DNA from: Dictyostelium discoideum
Lineage: Eukaryota
Direction of reading: 5' to 3'
Length of the DNA: 64,000 nt
Assembly (NCBI GenBank): GCA_000004695.1
Contig: CM000154.2
Coordinates: 2,464,001-2,528,000 of the forward strand
This document shows, in pieces, positions 62,970 to 64,000 of this stretch (position 1 is the stretch's first letter; each line of letters begins with the position of its first letter). The notes below the pieces were generated by a model. It worked only from the letters and a program-made list of their open reading frames with translations, ran no database searches and was not told the origin of the DNA. The position numbers and the translations under genes are program-made.

Positions 62970-64000
62970 TTATTTATTATTATTTACTAAATTTGAAATT
63001 TGTAAAGTTTTTTCTAAAACTTCATACATTAAAGTTATATTTTCAAATATTAAATCAATATTTTTAGAATCAATTTCATACCAAACTAAATCTTTAATTA
63101 TTGATGGAGTATTTTGATTATCTTTTAAAGAAAGATCAGGAGTAATAACTATTATAGTTTTATCTTGATTGCCTTTTTCATCTTTAAATGATTTTGCATA
63201 TTCAATTTGTAAACAATACTTTTCAATTTCTGTTTTTGTTGTTTTCCTTGTAAATAAAATACACATTAATAATGAATTTTTAATAAATTCTTTTAATGGT
63301 TGAATTGAGTGATATTTTTCATTTTCTTTTTCAATCAATAATTGTTTATAAAATTCTTCTTCACTTGTTTTACCATCATCATAATAAATTGCTTGATTAT
63401 TATTATTATTATAACTATCTTCAATTTGAATTGTAGTTGATGATGAAAAATAATTATTATTTAATTCACTTGAATTAAAATTATTATTTAAAATTGGAAT
63501 ATCATTGTCATCATAATAATTATTATTATTATTATAATTATAATTATTTTGAATAATATTATTTTGATTATTTTGATTATTTTGATTATTATTATTATTT
63601 TCATTTTCATTAATTTCATTTTCATTATCATTTTTAAAATTATATAATTGAATTAAATAATTTTCAAGATATTGATAATTTGGATCAGATGGAATTAATT
63701 TTGATTTTTCTAACTTTTTTTCAATTTTTCTTTTAATTTTCCATTGTTGTTTTAATTTTTCATCATTTTCTAATTTTAATTTCTTTTCAAGTTCAATATT
63801 TTTTTTTCTTTGAATTGAATTTTGTTTTTTTTGTTTCATTAAATTGAATAAACTAAATTGATCATCTTGATCCGAAGGTCTACCAATGATTTCATCTGAA
63901 CTAATTGTTGGAATTGAATTTTCTTTAAATTTATCACAAATGAAATCAAATAAAATTCTATCTGCATTATTAAATAATAAATAACAACCACTGTTTTTAT
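62970..64000 (-). CDS. 3' portion of an unidentified protein-coding gene that continues beyond the window edge
   Basis: ORF 62970-63839 (289 aa, N/Q-rich middle, C-terminal ..[47 protein letters not shown]..). The frame stays open upstream of the ORF-track M to position 64000 (..[58 protein letters not shown]..). Confidence 0.5.

Overview
This is extremely AT-rich eukaryotic nuclear DNA. The long A/T homopolymers, poly-N/Q/S coding tracts, and short introns with GTAAGT/GTATGT/GTTTGT donors and AT-rich acceptors all point to Dictyostelium discoideum (social amoeba). No prokaryotic operons, CRISPR arrays, rRNA or tRNA genes were found. About 20 protein-coding genes are present; I reconstructed their exon-intron structure by hand from the six-frame track plus splice-site reading (splice coordinates are approximate, +/- a few bp). 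Genes by position (several calls rest on recalled homologue sequences): COX20 (468-1096); two tandemly duplicated ~1400-aa paralogous multi-pass membrane proteins with a central TPR-like domain (3250-8115 and 9231-13932), showing a mosaic identity pattern that suggests gene conversion; a secreted Cys-rich protein (14124-15050, minus); the SKI3/TTC37 TPR superkiller homologue (15410-21114, minus); a T4 Rnl1-type RNA ligase (21943-23524) followed by a DUF4365 / PD-(D/E)xK-like protein (23904-25496); an RNase III-like + dsRBD protein (probably mitochondrial ribosomal protein L44-like, 25574-27100, minus); a bacterial-type AlgH/YqgE (DUF179) protein (27844-29112); DNase II with an unusual ~370-aa C-terminal extension (30619-33181); a frameshifted IPT/TIG-repeat pseudogene (33718-35637, minus); a 958-aa Dictyostelium-specific gene (36724-39600, minus) with two truncated pseudo-copies nearby (29227-30060 and 35741-36400); an FNIP (folliculin-interacting protein) homologue (40135-43476, minus); thymidine kinase (44266-45160, minus); an arrestin-domain protein (46064-49156, minus); ARF1 GTPase (52577-53682); a tiny SMP/LEA-like hydrophilic ORF (54176-54340, minus); an S28 serine carboxypeptidase, PRCP-like (55340-56881); VAC14 (57042-59874, minus); UTP25 (60160-62858); and a partial gene running off the 3' edge (62970-64000, minus). 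The most interesting content is the phage/bacterial-type nucleic-acid enzyme pair (Rnl1 ligase + DUF4365 nuclease-like), the gene-converting tandem paralogues, and the decaying duplication block around DNase II.
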